Positions 62,535-64,000 of a stretch of 64,000 bases of DNA are shown here, in pieces. The stretch's first letter is position 1. Every line of letters begins with the position of its first letter. The notes beneath the pieces are model-generated. The model had not been told where the DNA came from, did not search any database, and saw only the letters and a program-made list of their open reading frames with translations. Both the position numbers and the translations under genes were made by a program. The DNA comes from Raja brachyura (Eukaryota), in contig OY740813.1 in assembly GCA_963514005.1 (NCBI GenBank), positions 14,942,001 through 15,006,000 of the forward strand, read 5' to 3'.

Positions 62535-63579
62535 CTGTGTAGAAAACAATAGTTTATTAGTTGATTGTCTGGTTTTAATTATTCCAAATAAAACCAAGCA
62601 TCAGGTCAGTGAGGTTGCTATATTTATTTATGTATTTTGATTTATTTGACAGTTCTTTTTCTCTCCCATACATCAGTCAACTTTTGCTAGCACCAACATC
62701 TTACACACTGTTCAACAAGCTTTGACAATCTCTTAACTCCCTGCTCATGTAATTCAGGGATTACTTGGCCATGGCAGGGGGAGGAGAAGGTTGGGGGAGA
62801 TTGGGTAAAAGTCAACTGAATCCAAACCAATTGCTGCTTTAGTCCAGTATTCTATGGTCTGGCAACTCCCATGGTTGGCAAACTTTGAATCCATTATATA
62901 GATCAATACTAATTAACTAACTAAGATCTAGCAAAAATCCAAAATTAATTCAGATCTTTATTAATCTATAGCTAATCAACCGATCTGTGCAACTTTGGGG
63001 ATCTTGGACGACAGAGTTTCCGACTTAACGTTCTTGAAACTCGTACCCTAGTATTACAAAGTACCATAGTATTACAAAGAATGATACTCCTGCTCAAGGG
63101 TTGAGGATTAGGGGCAATTTCTGTGGTCTGGATTTTTTGTCGAGCTAAGGGTGCCAGACTTGAGTGTTTCCACCTGTAGTAATCTATAATTGATCTGTGA
63201 TTGGCTAATTGAAAGATTACCATTTCATTGAGACTAATATTGAAGAATCCTTTCAAAGGTGATGTTGCAATATGGGATTTTATTTTGTCTTTTTGTCTTT
63301 TTGTTTTTCCTCCTGTAGAGCAAATATGGAATGAGCTCATCATTTATTAGAAAATTATAATTCTGGAAATCACAGCAGGAGGATTTTGTATCAACTTGTG
63401 AACACAAAAAGTCAACACATGGTAACCAATAAAAGAAACAGCAAACATTGATTACGTTTGGCACTGGAATTTGGGGGAATAAGAAGTGATCACATTGAAA
63501 TGTAAGAATTGGAAGGGGATTACTTGAAAGCATACAAGGAGGCTGCTCTCTCAATTTGGACCTCCTGTAATTAGTGTCA

Positions 63580-63880
63580 TACAGCACTGAAAAAGGCCCA
63601 TCAGTCTAACTTGTCCTTGTCGACTAAGATGTCCCTTTTTAGCTCATCCCATTTGCCCACAATTGGCCCATATCCCTTTAAACCTTTCCTATCCATGTAC
63701 TTGTCTAAATGTATTTTAAATGTTGTTATTGTATCTTTCTCAACTACCTCCTCTGGCAACTCATTCCATATACCCACCATCCTCCGAGTGAAATAGTTGC
63801 CTCTCAGGTTCTTATTAAATTCTTCCTCTCTCATCTTAAACCCATGTTTTCTCATTCTTGATTCTCCTGCCCAAGTAAAA
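63580..63880 (-). mobile_element. CR1 3' fragment
   Basis: FTRRMVGIWNELPEEVVE...FKIHLDKYM. Confidence 0.85.
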
Positions 63881-64000
63881 GACACTGTGCTTTGGAGGCT
63901 GTTGTCTCAGAATAAAGTTCAGTCATGTAAGACTGAGCTGAGGAAAATGTTCTTTATTCACAGAAGTGCAAATCTTTAAATACTTAGTTGATACATTTAT

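Noticed and set aside
62972-63587. 123-aa and 117-aa minus-strand ORFs as upstream ENG exons
   Set aside because: No ZP-N Cys pattern and no convincing donor/acceptor pair. The next ENG exon probably lies beyond the window.

Overview
Vertebrate genomic DNA, most likely a cartilaginous fish (skate/ray); this is inferred from the repeat content (HE1/V-SINE-like SINEs, CR1, Penelope-like ends, LF-SINE/Deu-SINE relics). It holds two tail-to-tail genes. FPGS (folylpolyglutamate synthase) is complete on +: 16 coding exons, 788-28840, 607 aa with a mitochondrial leader and a second, cytosolic ATG at 941. The 3' part of endoglin (ENG) is on -: end of ZP-N, ZP-C, juxtamembrane, TM and cytoplasmic exons, 62534 down to 43878. 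All exons were reconstructed by hand from splice sites and reading phase, and human comparisons are from memory. The most unusual feature is a pair of cargo-carrying DNA transposons in FPGS intron 11. One is an 893-bp TIR element with a TA duplication that carries a decayed ZFP36/tristetraprolin fragment (second CCCH finger plus CNOT1-binding tail). The other is a 1.3-kb hAT element with an 8-bp TSD that carries a ~600-bp palindrome, NRF1-like sites and a 54-bp copy of nearby intron DNA. Also notable: an extra FPGS intron, a uORF overlapping the mitochondrial start codon, a separate 42-nt ENG exon holding the membrane-proximal Cys, and an apparently full-length L2 with a TSD.
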